Below are positions 1 through 9,541 of a stretch of DNA of 64,000 nt, in pieces. The stretch covers positions 248,001-312,000 of the IMG/VR virus record IMGVR_UViG_3300009545_000018; one strand, given 5' to 3'. How positions within the stretch are numbered: the first letter of the stretch is position 1; every line of letters starts with the position of its first letter. A model generated the notes under the pieces. That model did not search any database. It saw only the letters and a program-made list of their open reading frames with translations, and was not told the origin of the DNA. The translations under genes were made by a program, and so were the position numbers.

Positions 1-1761
1 GGTTTGGTCAAGATGGATACATTAGGATTATCTACTCTTGATATTATTGGTCAAACAATTAAACTTATTAAAGCAACAGGAAAAGATATTACTCCATTGG
101 AGGCTTTGAGTTATGATAGTTATGATGAAAAATCTTATGATTTAGTTTCCAAAGGCGATACGTTTTGTGTTTTTCAATTGGGAACTTCTGGCGGAACTAT
201 TGATTTATGTAGAAAAATAAAACCGAAATCCATTAATGATATTAGCTATATTAATTCATTAGCTCGTCCTTCTGCTAGGGATATGCGTGAGGATTTTATT
301 TCTACCAAAGATGGAAAAAAGCCATTTAGTTTATTGCATCCAAACTTAGCTAGAGCATTTAATAATACTTTTGGTTTTGGTTTGTATGAAGAGAGTTTAA
401 TGTATCTTGCCCAAGATATAGCTGGGTGGACTTTGCACTCTGCCGATCGTTTAAGAAAACTTACTAAAGAAAAAGGAAAGAATCCCAAAAGGGCTCAACA
501 ATGGAGACTAGAGTTTATTACTGATTCAGTTAAGAATGGTGTAAATGAAGAAATAGCAAAACGTATTTGGGATGAAGTAGTAGAGAAATTTCAGGGTTAT
601 GGTTTTAATCAATCGCATTCCGTTTTATATTCTATGACTAGTTATAAGACTGCTTATCTGAAGGCACATTATCCAATTGAATTTTTGCTAGCTAATTTAA
701 TGGCTGAAGTTAAATCTAATGCCCCTGATGCTAAAGCTAATATTGAAAAAATTAAAAAAGAAATTAGACAACATAAAGTAAAAATTATTGCACCTGATAT
801 TAATAAGTCCTTGTTATCTTATACTATGGAAGGTGAAGATAAATTAATTACTGGATTAGATGCTCTTAAATATGTAGGCGAAGATGCCATTAATGATATT
901 ATTTTAAAAAGACCCTTTCATTCTTTTCTAGATTTTATGTCTAGAGTTGATTCTAAAAAGGTTAGAGCCAATACTATTCAAGCTTTAGCCGCATCAGGGT
1001 GCTTGGATGCTTTTAAAATTTCTAGAAAACATATGTTTTTATATTGTTCAGATTATCGTAAAAAACTTCAGGTTTGGATGAAAAAACATGATCCTACTAA
1101 AGAAGAATTTATTTATCCATGGACTTCTGAAGAAGATTGGACTATACCAGAAAAATATGCATTAGAAACATATTATTTAAATGAATCATTCGTGTGTAAG
1201 CCGCATGAAGCTTATAAAAATTTCTTTAATACAGATCATAAAACAATAAGAGATATTAAAAAAGCTGGAAATAAAACACAACTAGATCCTATTAATTGTA
1301 TTGTTAGGAGCTTTTTTGAGTTTAAAGTTAAAAAAGAAACTTCTAAATATTATGGTCAATCTATGATTAAAGCTATTATTGAAGATAAAAATGGAGAACA
1401 ATGTTCTTGTACTATTTTTCCAGATAGATGGGCTGATGTACAAAGACGCATTAAGGAAGTAAATAGTAAAGCGGTATTTGATGCGGGTATTGCATTAAGT
1501 TTTACTGGGACTACAAATATTTATGAAGATGATATTGGTGTTATTTTAAATGGACTATTTAATGTAGCAACTCCCCCTTCTGTTCCTTCTGATTTAAAAC
1601 CTAAAAAAATAAACTTAAAACTTGCTAAAGCTAAAAATGGGATATCTACTGAGGAAAATATTATTGAGAATCCCACGGATCTCTCTAATTTATTAGAGAA
1701 AATTGAAGATGCCTTGTATGATGAAGGTTTAATAGATTTAGATGAAGAGACAAATGATTAA
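1..1761 (+). CDS. dnaE: DNA polymerase III alpha subunit, C-terminal part (truncated by window start)
   Basis: GLVKMDTLGL, GYGFNQSHS, YLKAHYPIEF, PDINKS motifs and C-terminal OB fold; frame open from base 1. Confidence 0.95.
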   Translation, partial: GLVKMDTLGLSTLDIIGQTIKLIKATGKDITPLEALSYDSYDEKSYDLVSKGDTFCVFQLGTSGGTIDLCRKIKPKSINDISYINSLARPSARDMREDFISTKDGKKPFSLLHPNLARAFNNTFGFGLYEESLMYLAQDIAGWTLHSADRLRKLTKEKGKNPKRAQQWRLEFITDSVKNGVNEEIAKRIWDEVVEKFQGYGFNQSHSVLYSMTSYKTAYLKAHYPIEFLLANLMAEVKSNAPDAKANIEKIKKEIRQHKVKIIAPDINKSLLSYTMEGEDKLITGLDALKYVGEDAINDIILKRPFHSFLDFMSRVDSKKVRANTIQALAASGCLDAFKISRKHMFLYCSDYRKKLQVWMKKHDPTKEEFIYPWTSEEDWTIPEKYALETYYLNESFVCKPHEAYKNFFNTDHKTIRDIKKAGNKTQLDPINCIVRSFFEFKVKKETSKYYGQSMIKAIIEDKNGEQCSCTIFPDRWADVQRRIKEVNSKAVFDAGIALSFTGTTNIYEDDIGVILNGLFNVATPPSVPSDLKPKKINLKLAKAKNGISTEENIIENPTDLSNLLEKIEDALYDEGLIDLDEETND

Positions 1762-1848
1762 TTTTATTTAATTATCATAAATATGCAAATATCTCATTTT
1801 GTTTTCTAATCTATCAATTAGGTGATATAAAAGATATCAAAGGAAGTT

Positions 1849-2700
1849 ATGAAGACAATAAAATTAGCAGATTGGTGTGAAAAAACAGGTGTAAAATATT
1901 TGACGGCTTGGCGTTGGTTCAAAACAGACAAAATGCCAGTAAGAGCTTATCAAACTGATTCTGGTACTATCTTAGTTGAGGATGATGATCAACCAATAGT
2001 TGATAGTAAAATAGAAGATTCAGATACAAATAAAGCATTATCTTTGTTTTTGAAAAAAACTATAGAATATACTTCTAATAATTCAAGTGTTGAAGATTTT
2101 GCTGCTTTTGTTATTTCTAATTTTCAATTAAAATTATTAGGTCAAGAGCAGCCAAAATATTCTAGAAATAAACCAAAATCAGAAGAAGTTCAAAAGCATT
2201 TTAAAAACTTTATCCCCACAACTAAGAAACCGGAGCCATTTGTTTTTATTCCTGAACCTGAAGTGTGGGAAAATATTTCCGACAATTCTATAGGTATTAA
2301 TGAAGAAACTACAGTTGCTAATGCAGAGAAAGTTGCTCATGAATTAGTAAACGCCCCGATTTCTATAACAGATAATTTAACTATATCTGTAAATGAAGTG
2401 AAAGACTTACAAAATCAAGTATCTGGTAATGTTAGTTTTGGGTCAAGTGGAACCTTTGGATCTTCAATATCTAATCCTAATTCAGATGCATTTTTATCTG
2501 GTATTGGGGTTAGTTTAACATATCCTGATATAAATACACAAAATTATACTTATTCTACTAATGCTACTAATCGTTTGTTAGGATCTTCCTTAGAAGAAAA
2601 TTCTGTGTTTATGAATTTATATAATGCATTGCATAAACCAGGTCCCGGGCTAATTGAAAAGCCCAAAAGAGGAAGACCAAGAAAGAAAAATAATGATTAA
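1849..2700 (+). CDS. DNA-binding protein: N-terminal IS607/MerR-type HTH, C-terminal AT-hook
   Basis: KLADWCEKTGVKYLTAWRWFK..MPV.AYQTDSGTILV; ends KPKRGRPRKK. Confidence 0.65.
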   Translation: MKTIKLADWCEKTGVKYLTAWRWFKTDKMPVRAYQTDSGTILVEDDDQPIVDSKIEDSDTNKALSLFLKKTIEYTSNNSSVEDFAAFVISNFQLKLLGQEQPKYSRNKPKSEEVQKHFKNFIPTTKKPEPFVFIPEPEVWENISDNSIGINEETTVANAEKVAHELVNAPISITDNLTISVNEVKDLQNQVSGNVSFGSSGTFGSSISNPNSDAFLSGIGVSLTYPDINTQNYTYSTNATNRLLGSSLEENSVFMNLYNALHKPGPGLIEKPKRGRPRKKNND

Positions 2701-2980
2701 ATTTAGTTCTTTTAAACAAATTTATAGTGGTATAGTTATACGAACAGTTAATTCCATGTTACACCATTTAATTAAAATAAATAACATTGTTCATAAAGAC
2801 AAGCAACAAAAATTAAATGATGCTTTAATGTGTGGAAAAGTTGAGTCTAACTATATTAAGAGTATGGATGAAAAGAAAAAGATTATCTTTAATAACTTAC
2901 ATGCAAGAAGTTTTTCTTTTTCTAAAATTACTAGAAAAATTCCACATGTTTATCCTAAGGTAAAAAAAGATGAAATGTAA
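2693..2980 (+). CDS. Hypothetical protein
   Basis: ORF; ATG at 2693 overlapping upstream stop preferred over TTG 2654. Confidence 0.55.
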   Translation: MIKFSSFKQIYSGIVIRTVNSMLHHLIKINNIVHKDKQQKLNDALMCGKVESNYIKSMDEKKKIIFNNLHARSFSFSKITRKIPHVYPKVKKDEM

Positions 2981-3707
2981 ATCTTGTGAAACTGAAATTA
3001 ATCCTAAATGGAAGCACGCAATAGACACTAATAAGTGTCCATTTTGTGGAGCAGAAATTATGGATGAAGAGCTAAAGAATTTATTTTTAACATTAAGTTC
3101 TACTATTGATCAATTAAATAAATATCCAAATCAATTAAATGATTGGATGTTGTTAAATCATTCTTATATAAGAACAGACTCTCCTAATTTGGTAAGTTTT
3201 TTGCCAAAAAATATTATTGATAAATTAAATGATAAGCCAGAAGAAACCAGCATAATTAAGGTTAAAATTTCTGATGATAAAGAAGAGGAGGTGGAAGTAA
3301 AGAAAATTCAGTCCGATACAAAAACGGATGAATTTTTCAAAAGAGCCGAAGCCGTTAAACCCAATATTGATGGATTCAAGAATACCTCAGAGAAAACTCA
3401 ACATCTTAAAAACATGGTCGATCAAATCAAAAAAACAGGCAGATTAAATCCTACTATTACAGAAAATGATATTGATGGTTTAGATTCAGATGAATTAAAT
3501 GAATTATCTTCTATTAATAATTTTAATGGTGTAGATGATGATATTCCAGCAGCTGTTTTAGCTATGGCAAATTCCAAAGGAAATTCTCCATCAAATCATA
3601 AAGATTTGTTATTATTGCAAAGAATGCAAGATAAACAAGCAAATTCAAGAGAAAGTTTTGAGAATGGCGGAAACCGTGGAAAAGGTGGATTTTCTAGATC
3701 AGGATAA
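2970..3707 (+). CDS. Zinc-ribbon protein
   Basis: N-terminal CKSC...CPFC. Confidence 0.65.
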   Translation: MKCKSCETEINPKWKHAIDTNKCPFCGAEIMDEELKNLFLTLSSTIDQLNKYPNQLNDWMLLNHSYIRTDSPNLVSFLPKNIIDKLNDKPEETSIIKVKISDDKEEEVEVKKIQSDTKTDEFFKRAEAVKPNIDGFKNTSEKTQHLKNMVDQIKKTGRLNPTITENDIDGLDSDELNELSSINNFNGVDDDIPAAVLAMANSKGNSPSNHKDLLLLQRMQDKQANSRESFENGGNRGKGGFSRSG

Positions 3708-3709
3708 TT

Positions 3710-4060
3710 ATGACTACTAAAGAAAAAGAATATGATAATTTTTTTGAAATGATTTCAGATATTGAAAAACATGTAAAAGAACATGGTGGCAGCATTTTAT
3801 TAAGTGATGATCCACGCACTTTAAGGATTGGGTTTGCTTGTAATAAAACTAATGATGAATGGCTTATGCGTATTATACATTTCAAAAATTTACAAAATGG
3901 AAAATTAGAAAATATTCATTATAACAATGAAACGTCTAATAAAATATTTAAATTATATGAAGCAGTGTTTTTTAATCGTAAAGTTAATGGACCTTTATTT
4001 TTAGAATGTCTGAATTCTGGAAATATAATAAAATTCTTAAATTTGAGATCCTTTATATGA
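3710..4060 (+). CDS. Hypothetical protein
   Basis: ORF with AGGA RBS, in operon. Confidence 0.6.
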   Translation: MTTKEKEYDNFFEMISDIEKHVKEHGGSILLSDDPRTLRIGFACNKTNDEWLMRIIHFKNLQNGKLENIHYNNETSNKIFKLYEAVFFNRKVNGPLFLECLNSGNIIKFLNLRSFI

Positions 4061-4377
4061 TTAAAATTATTAATAATAAAAGAGTTGATATGACGGCTGA
4101 TGAATCTGCTATGTATGATAAAATAGTTAAATCTTATACTACTTTAACAAATAAGGGTGAAGATTTATTTATTGATTTATTTGAAACAGATGATCATGGA
4201 ATTATTACTTATTTAAGACCTCCGTCTAAAAGACAAACAAGTATGGAAGTTTTTTTATTTTTAATGAGCTTAATGCAGCACCAATATTTAAGATTATTTC
4301 AATCTCAAGTGCAAGATATATGTGATCAAATGAAAGTCAAAATGGCTGAAATTGATGAAAAATTAAAAGACAAATAA
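4057..4377 (+). CDS. Hypothetical protein
   Basis: ATGA overlap with upstream stop. Confidence 0.65.
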   Translation: MIKIINNKRVDMTADESAMYDKIVKSYTTLTNKGEDLFIDLFETDDHGIITYLRPPSKRQTSMEVFLFLMSLMQHQYLRLFQSQVQDICDQMKVKMAEIDEKLKDK

Positions 4378-4396
4378 TTATTTAATAAGGAACACC

Positions 4397-4903
4397 ATGA
4401 GTAATAGTGTAAGACTTGGTGATTTATTGGGAAATCAATTAGAAGAAGATTTTACTGAATTTGATCTAACAGAAATTCAACAAGTATTATCAAAACTTCA
4501 AATTGAAGAGGCAATAGATTTAGTACATGCAGAAATGTTACAGCAACAATCTTTAAGAGGAGCTGATATATTAACAGAATACTTAGGCAAAATAGTCAAG
4601 ACAGTTGGCTACCTTGAAACTAAAGTAAACAGTACAAAAAATAGAGTATCTTTGGAGTATAGTGCTCCTGATGGATCAAGAACAACAGCCGATATGAAAA
4701 AGTGGGCAGGTGAATCTTCCACTGAAGTAGAGGCAGTACAAATCAAATTAGCAAAAGCAAAGGGTAGTAAAGTCGTACTAGAAAAAAAATATGATATCTT
4801 AATTCGTGCGCATCATCATTATAAAGATATTGCTGCCGGTTTAAGAAGAACTATTTTAGGATATAACCTAAAGCCAGAAAAAACGGCAGAGGGTTGGGAA
4901 TAA
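4397..4903 (+). CDS. Coiled-coil protein, possible UvsY-like recombination mediator
   Basis: Helical, 168 aa, RTTADMKKW pattern, directly upstream of recA; function inferred. Confidence 0.45.
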   Translation: MSNSVRLGDLLGNQLEEDFTEFDLTEIQQVLSKLQIEEAIDLVHAEMLQQQSLRGADILTEYLGKIVKTVGYLETKVNSTKNRVSLEYSAPDGSRTTADMKKWAGESSTEVEAVQIKLAKAKGSKVVLEKKYDILIRAHHHYKDIAAGLRRTILGYNLKPEKTAEGWE

Positions 4904-4927
4904 TATAGAAAATAAGCTGAAATAAAA

Positions 4928-4946
4928 TATTTATCGTTGATAAATA
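4928..4946. promoter_or_regulatory. 8-bp perfect inverted repeat upstream of recA (possible operator)
   Basis: TATTTATC-gtt-GATAAATA. Confidence 0.35.
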
Positions 4947-5006
4947 ATCAAAATAGCGGACTGTTATAAACTAGTATGAATTAAGTTCCCGAAGCGTGGA
5001 GATAAA

Positions 5007-6203
5007 ATGTCAGATAAGTTAGAAGCCTTTTTTAAAAGTTATGCAGATTCAGACGCTCAACTAGATTTTAAATTTGCACATGAAACGATTGGGCAAAAAT
5101 TATCAGTAATCCCCTCGGGCTCGTTATTATTAGACGATGCATTATCTTCGGGTGGATTACCTAATGGTAGATTAATCCAATTTTATGGACCTGCTGGCTC
5201 AGGTAAAACATTGATGGCAATGATTGCCATGAAACAAGCACAACAGGATGATCCTACCGCTCAGCAATTGTTTATTGATGCCGAAGGAACATTCGATCCT
5301 TCTTGGGCAGAGGCTCTTGGAGTAGATACTTCAAGAGTTATCTTGGTAGAAGGTGATACTGCAGTTAACGGTAGAAAATGTTTTGAAATGGTTTTGGGAG
5401 TTCCAAAAGAGGATGCCAAGACTCATATTTTAAAAGGCAAGTCTAAAGAAGGTATTTTAGATAAAATTGTTAGTGGCGAATTTAATATTAACATAATTGT
5501 TTTAGATTCATTAGGGTCAATCATTCCTCCAGGAGAAGATGTTTCTGCCGTTGGTAAAATGAACATGGCACTATTAGCTAGATTTTTAACAACAACTTTC
5601 CGTAAATTATCCTTAGAAGTTAAAAAAGCAGATGTTCCATTTATTATTATTAATCATAAAAAAGCAAATATGGATCCTTATGGAGTAGATCATTCCTTTT
5701 CTGGTGGTAATAGCTATGCTCACTTTTTAAGTGCTAACGTTTATTTTGAACCTGTTACTCGCGCCGACGCCAAAATTCTTGATGAAAAAGAAAATAAGAT
5801 AGGGCAAACTATTCGGGCAACTATTGAAAAATCAAAATTTGGTCCTTGGCCAAGAAAATGTGAATTTAAAGTAGACTTTGGAATTGGTGTTATAGATCGT
5901 CACATTGAAGTTGCTCAGTTAGCACTGGATTATGATGTTGTCAAGAAGCCAAGTTCAGTTTCTCATGAATATAATGATCATAAATGGGTGGGTTTTGGTA
6001 AATATTGTGATGCGCTTCAAAATGATTCAGCGCTTTGTACAGAACTTGAACAAAAAATTTCAGAAGCTCGCGATCATAAGTTAGAGTTAAAGAGATTAGA
6101 ACAACAACAAAAAACATTAAACAATTCTCTGGTTTCTTCTAATGAAGAAACGGCAGAGGAGACTCCAAAAAAGCGTGGAAGAAAGGCTGCCAATGTCGAC
6201 TGA
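5007..6203 (+). CDS. recA: RecA/UvsX recombinase
   Basis: GGLPNGRLIQFYGPAGSGKT (Walker A), FIDAE, IIVLDS (Walker B), EKSKFGP. Confidence 0.95.
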   Translation: MSDKLEAFFKSYADSDAQLDFKFAHETIGQKLSVIPSGSLLLDDALSSGGLPNGRLIQFYGPAGSGKTLMAMIAMKQAQQDDPTAQQLFIDAEGTFDPSWAEALGVDTSRVILVEGDTAVNGRKCFEMVLGVPKEDAKTHILKGKSKEGILDKIVSGEFNINIIVLDSLGSIIPPGEDVSAVGKMNMALLARFLTTTFRKLSLEVKKADVPFIIINHKKANMDPYGVDHSFSGGNSYAHFLSANVYFEPVTRADAKILDEKENKIGQTIRATIEKSKFGPWPRKCEFKVDFGIGVIDRHIEVAQLALDYDVVKKPSSVSHEYNDHKWVGFGKYCDALQNDSALCTELEQKISEARDHKLELKRLEQQQKTLNNSLVSSNEETAEETPKKRGRKAANVD

Positions 6204-6513
6204 TATTGCAATCAGAACAACAGTATCATTACCAAATGCTGGTGGATTATCTAAAAAACCTCCTTATTTGATAGAGTTAAGTGAAAGTAAAAAGAAACCA
6301 TATTTTCTATCTTTAGATAGACCAGAGTTTCAAGGAAATTTTGTTCAAGTAAAAGGAGTCTATATTGATTCTTCTAAATTAGAAGAGCTTGAACGTGATG
6401 CAATAACATTTGCATCACAAATAGCTAAAGAAAATATTTGTGACATGATATTTCCAATACATCGAATTTTATCGATAAAAAATGTTGCTTATAAAGCAGC
6501 AAAAAACAAATAA
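6193..6513 (+). CDS. Hypothetical protein
   Basis: ORF, ATG at 6193 overlapping recA end. Confidence 0.6.
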   Translation: MSTDIAIRTTVSLPNAGGLSKKPPYLIELSESKKKPYFLSLDRPEFQGNFVQVKGVYIDSSKLEELERDAITFASQIAKENICDMIFPIHRILSIKNVAYKAAKNK

Positions 6514-6528
6514 GAAAGTGAGCATAAT

Positions 6529-6846
6529 ATGGCATCTAATAGTAAGAAAATTGTTCGTAGATCAACTGTTGTAAATAGTGTTGATAACATAGTTTATAAT
6601 GGTGTAGTTAGTGTGGTAAGAAGTGTAAAAAAGGGTTCTGCTTGGACCGGCACAATGACCGATTTGAATAGCGCCTTGGTTTCTGTATTAGGAAGAAAGA
6701 GTTCTAATGTCTTACCAGGCTCTCCAAGTGCTCTTAGAGTAGTTTTGAATAGAGTAGTAAGCAGATTACGCAACAATAAAGTAAGTGTAAAGTTTGGGCG
6801 TACAACCGACCATAGTCGTACTCGTTATGTTAAGTTTTCACGCTAA
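6529..6846 (+). CDS. Small basic winged-helix-like DNA-binding protein
   Basis: WTGTMTDL...PGSPSALRVVLNRVVSRLR..KVSVKFGR; no Glu, Arg/Lys-rich. Confidence 0.5.
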   Translation: MASNSKKIVRRSTVVNSVDNIVYNGVVSVVRSVKKGSAWTGTMTDLNSALVSVLGRKSSNVLPGSPSALRVVLNRVVSRLRNNKVSVKFGRTTDHSRTRYVKFSR

Positions 6847-6877
6847 TCATTAAGTGTTAAATTAAATAATAAGTTCG

Positions 6878-6921
6878 TTTATGTTAAATAGATAAAAGTA
6901 CTTTATGTACAATAGATAAAA
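6878..6921 (+). repeat. Two 20-bp direct repeats in ssb leader
   Basis: TTTATGTTAAATAGATAAAA (6878-6897) and TTTATGTACAATAGATAAAA (6902-6921), 18/20 identical. Confidence 0.75.
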
Positions 6922-6935
6922 TAACGGAGAATAAA

Positions 6936-7619
6936 ATGACAACAACATTCGGTGAAGTTAATTGGAGTGATGAAGTATATTCAGGTGGAAATAAAAAAGA
7001 TTCAAATAAGGATCTTTGGCTAAAGTTAGATGAAGGAGATAACGAGGTAAGACTTGTTACCCAACCTTTCCAATTCTTAATTCATAAATATAAGAAAGAT
7101 CCAAACGATAAAAAAGACTTTGGTCAAAAAGTTTATTGTTCTGCGGTACATGGCAGCTGTCCATTATGTGCACTTGGAGATAAAGCCAAGCCACGTTGGT
7201 TGTTAGGTGTTATTAGTCGTAAGACAAACACTTACAAAATATTAGATATTTCTTTTGCTGTTTTCTCAAATGTTAGAAAGTTAGCCAAGAATCCTAAGTG
7301 GGGAGATCCTACCAAATATGATATCAACATTGTGGTTGATAAAAATGGTGGAGCTACTGGATATTATTCAGTTCAGCCCCTTTCAAAGGAACCTTTATCA
7401 GCTGCTGATCAAGTAATTAAAGATAATGTTGACTTAGATGAATTGAAGAGAAAAGTAACACCTCCCACTGCTGAGATGGTTCAAAAAAGAATCGATAAAA
7501 TCAATGGTGGAACATCTGCTGCACCCGTTGCTGCACAACCAGCTAAAGTTGCTTCAGTTGATATGAGTGATGATGAAACATTAGATACCGCATTTCCATC
7601 TTATGATGCAAATGCTTAA
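6936..7619 (+). CDS. Single-stranded DNA-binding protein, T4 gp32-like
   Basis: WLKLDEGDNEVRL, H...C....SCPLC Zn site, WGDPTKYDI, acidic C-terminal tail. Confidence 0.8.
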   Translation: MTTTFGEVNWSDEVYSGGNKKDSNKDLWLKLDEGDNEVRLVTQPFQFLIHKYKKDPNDKKDFGQKVYCSAVHGSCPLCALGDKAKPRWLLGVISRKTNTYKILDISFAVFSNVRKLAKNPKWGDPTKYDINIVVDKNGGATGYYSVQPLSKEPLSAADQVIKDNVDLDELKRKVTPPTAEMVQKRIDKINGGTSAAPVAAQPAKVASVDMSDDETLDTAFPSYDANA

Positions 7620-7639
7620 TCTAAATTGATATTGTAATG

Positions 7640-7670
7640 AAGGGGAATGTAGAAATACATTCCCTTTTTT
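7640..7670 (+). terminator. Rho-independent terminator
   Basis: GGGAATGTA-GAAA-TACATTCCC followed by T6. Confidence 0.9.
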
Positions 7671-7689
7671 ATTTGTTATATACTCTTCT

Positions 7690-8256
7690 ATGAGTAAAAT
7701 TGTTTTAGGATTTGATGTTTCTAGTACGACTATTGGATGGTGTGCTTTATCAATAGATGATAATAACGAAATTCATATTATAAAATATGATTATTTAAAA
7801 CCTATTAAAAAGGGAACTATTATTGAAAGAATAGTAGATACTAGAAATAAAGTTCAAAAAATTATTGAAAGTATTAAGCCTGATCATATAGGAATTGAAA
7901 ATATTATTCAATTCATGAAGGGGAAAAGTACAGCTAAAACCATTATTACATTAACTACATTTAATAGAATGATTGCATTATTAGCATATGACTATTTAAA
8001 TAAGAGCCCAGAATTATTTAGCGTAATGACAATTAGACATGGTTTAAAGATAAATAATTCTTTTCCTAAAAAAGAAGATATGCCGACACTTGTGTCCAAA
8101 CATTTAGGAATTACATTTCCTTACCAGCTTAATAAAAAAGGTAAAATAAAAGTAGAAAATTATGATATGGCAGATGGCATTGCAGTAGCCCTATATCATA
8201 GTTTAAAATTGGCTGGAAAATTAAAACCAAAAGGTAAGAAGGTTAAGAGGAAATGA
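7690..8256 (+). CDS. RuvC-like Holliday junction resolvase
   Basis: VLGFDVSSTTIGW, IGIE, DMADGIAVA. Confidence 0.85.
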   Translation: MSKIVLGFDVSSTTIGWCALSIDDNNEIHIIKYDYLKPIKKGTIIERIVDTRNKVQKIIESIKPDHIGIENIIQFMKGKSTAKTIITLTTFNRMIALLAYDYLNKSPELFSVMTIRHGLKINNSFPKKEDMPTLVSKHLGITFPYQLNKKGKIKVENYDMADGIAVALYHSLKLAGKLKPKGKKVKRK

Positions 8257-9212
8257 ATTTAGATCAAGCATATGAAACTTTAAATTTAACTTCTGATGCT
8301 AGCGAGGATGACGTTAAGAAGCGTTTTCGTGAACTTAGTAAAAAGTGGCATCCTGATAAAAATCAAAATAATCCGGAGGCTGAGGTAAAATTTAAAGAAA
8401 TTAATTCAGCCTATCAAAGAATTACAAACCCAAGCGATAGAGAAAAATATCAAGACATGCCTATTGACAATCCACTCCATGGATTTGATTTTAGTGGTCT
8501 TGGAGGAAATCCATTTGGTAATCCTTTTCAAGCTCAACGACAACATTCCGCTCCACCTATTCAAATAACATCTACAATATCTTTTCAAGAATCTATATTG
8601 GGTTGTGAAAAAAATATTAAATATAATAGAAATATAAAATGTAACTCATGTAATGGGCAAGGCGCATTTAAAGTAAATACAGATTGTAAAAAATGTGGTG
8701 GCTCAGGCAGAATAACGCAAGCCTCCGGTAACATGATGTTTATTAGACAATGTGATTGTTCACTTAATCAAAAAACAAAAAAATGTACAGATTGTAATAA
8801 TGGTATAATATCGAGCGAATCATCAGTTAATGTTCATATTCCTGGTGGAGTTAATAACAATAATATATTAAGATTACAAAATATGGGGAACTATGCTAAC
8901 TCAATAGGTAATTTTGATCAATATAGTGATGCTTTTTTAATTTTACAAGTTGATCAAGATCCGGAATTAGTTTTGGAAAATGATTTTGTTGTATCTAATT
9001 TAAATATTTCTTTACTTGAAGCTTTAAAAGGAACAACCAAAACTGTTAAAACTGTTGTTGGAAATAAAGAAATTACAATAAATTCTTTATCTAAAAATAA
9101 AGAAGAGATAATTATACCTCGGGTAGGTGTAAACGGTACTGGAAACCAAAAAGTTATATTGAATGTTAATTATCCAGATAATGTTGAAACCCTAATTAAA
9201 GCTTTGGAGTAA
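8253..9212 (+). CDS. dnaJ: DnaJ-type co-chaperone (J domain, G/F linker, Zn finger, C-terminal domain)
   Basis: WHPDKN, KFKEINSAY, CNSCNGQG and CKKCGGSG repeats, IPGGV. Confidence 0.9.
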   Translation: MNLDQAYETLNLTSDASEDDVKKRFRELSKKWHPDKNQNNPEAEVKFKEINSAYQRITNPSDREKYQDMPIDNPLHGFDFSGLGGNPFGNPFQAQRQHSAPPIQITSTISFQESILGCEKNIKYNRNIKCNSCNGQGAFKVNTDCKKCGGSGRITQASGNMMFIRQCDCSLNQKTKKCTDCNNGIISSESSVNVHIPGGVNNNNILRLQNMGNYANSIGNFDQYSDAFLILQVDQDPELVLENDFVVSNLNISLLEALKGTTKTVKTVVGNKEITINSLSKNKEEIIIPRVGVNGTGNQKVILNVNYPDNVETLIKALE

Positions 9213-9214
9213 AC

Positions 9215-9541
9215 ATGTTTTCTATGAGTTGTACTAATAAAGGTTGCTATCAACAAATGGAACCTTTCTTAGATCCTAATACTAACAAAGTATATTGCTC
9301 TATTTGTGAGGCTGAACTTACTAATGTAACTAACTTTACCAAACAACAATTAAAATCAAATAAACAATTTAGAAAAAAAGCAACTGTTGCTTTTGGTGTT
9401 AAGTGTAATTCTTGTGGAAAAGAAGACCGTCCCATTATTATCAGCAATGATATAGTTTGTGCATCATGTAAAAAACCGCTTACTCATCTAAGTGAGCCAT
9501 TTAAAATTATATTGCGTGATAGATTAAAATCTAATGAATAA
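9215..9541 (+). CDS. Double zinc-ribbon protein
   Basis: CTNKGC, CSIC, CNSC, CASC. Confidence 0.7.
   Translation: MFSMSCTNKGCYQQMEPFLDPNTNKVYCSICEAELTNVTNFTKQQLKSNKQFRKKATVAFGVKCNSCGKEDRPIIISNDIVCASCKKPLTHLSEPFKIILRDRLKSNE

Noticed and set aside
1849-2700. Active IS607 element
   Set aside because: No recombinase catalytic domain and no tnpB
4961-4976. CTGTTATAAACTAG upstream of recA as an SOS box
   Set aside because: Does not fit CTG-N10-CAG; better read as an extended -10
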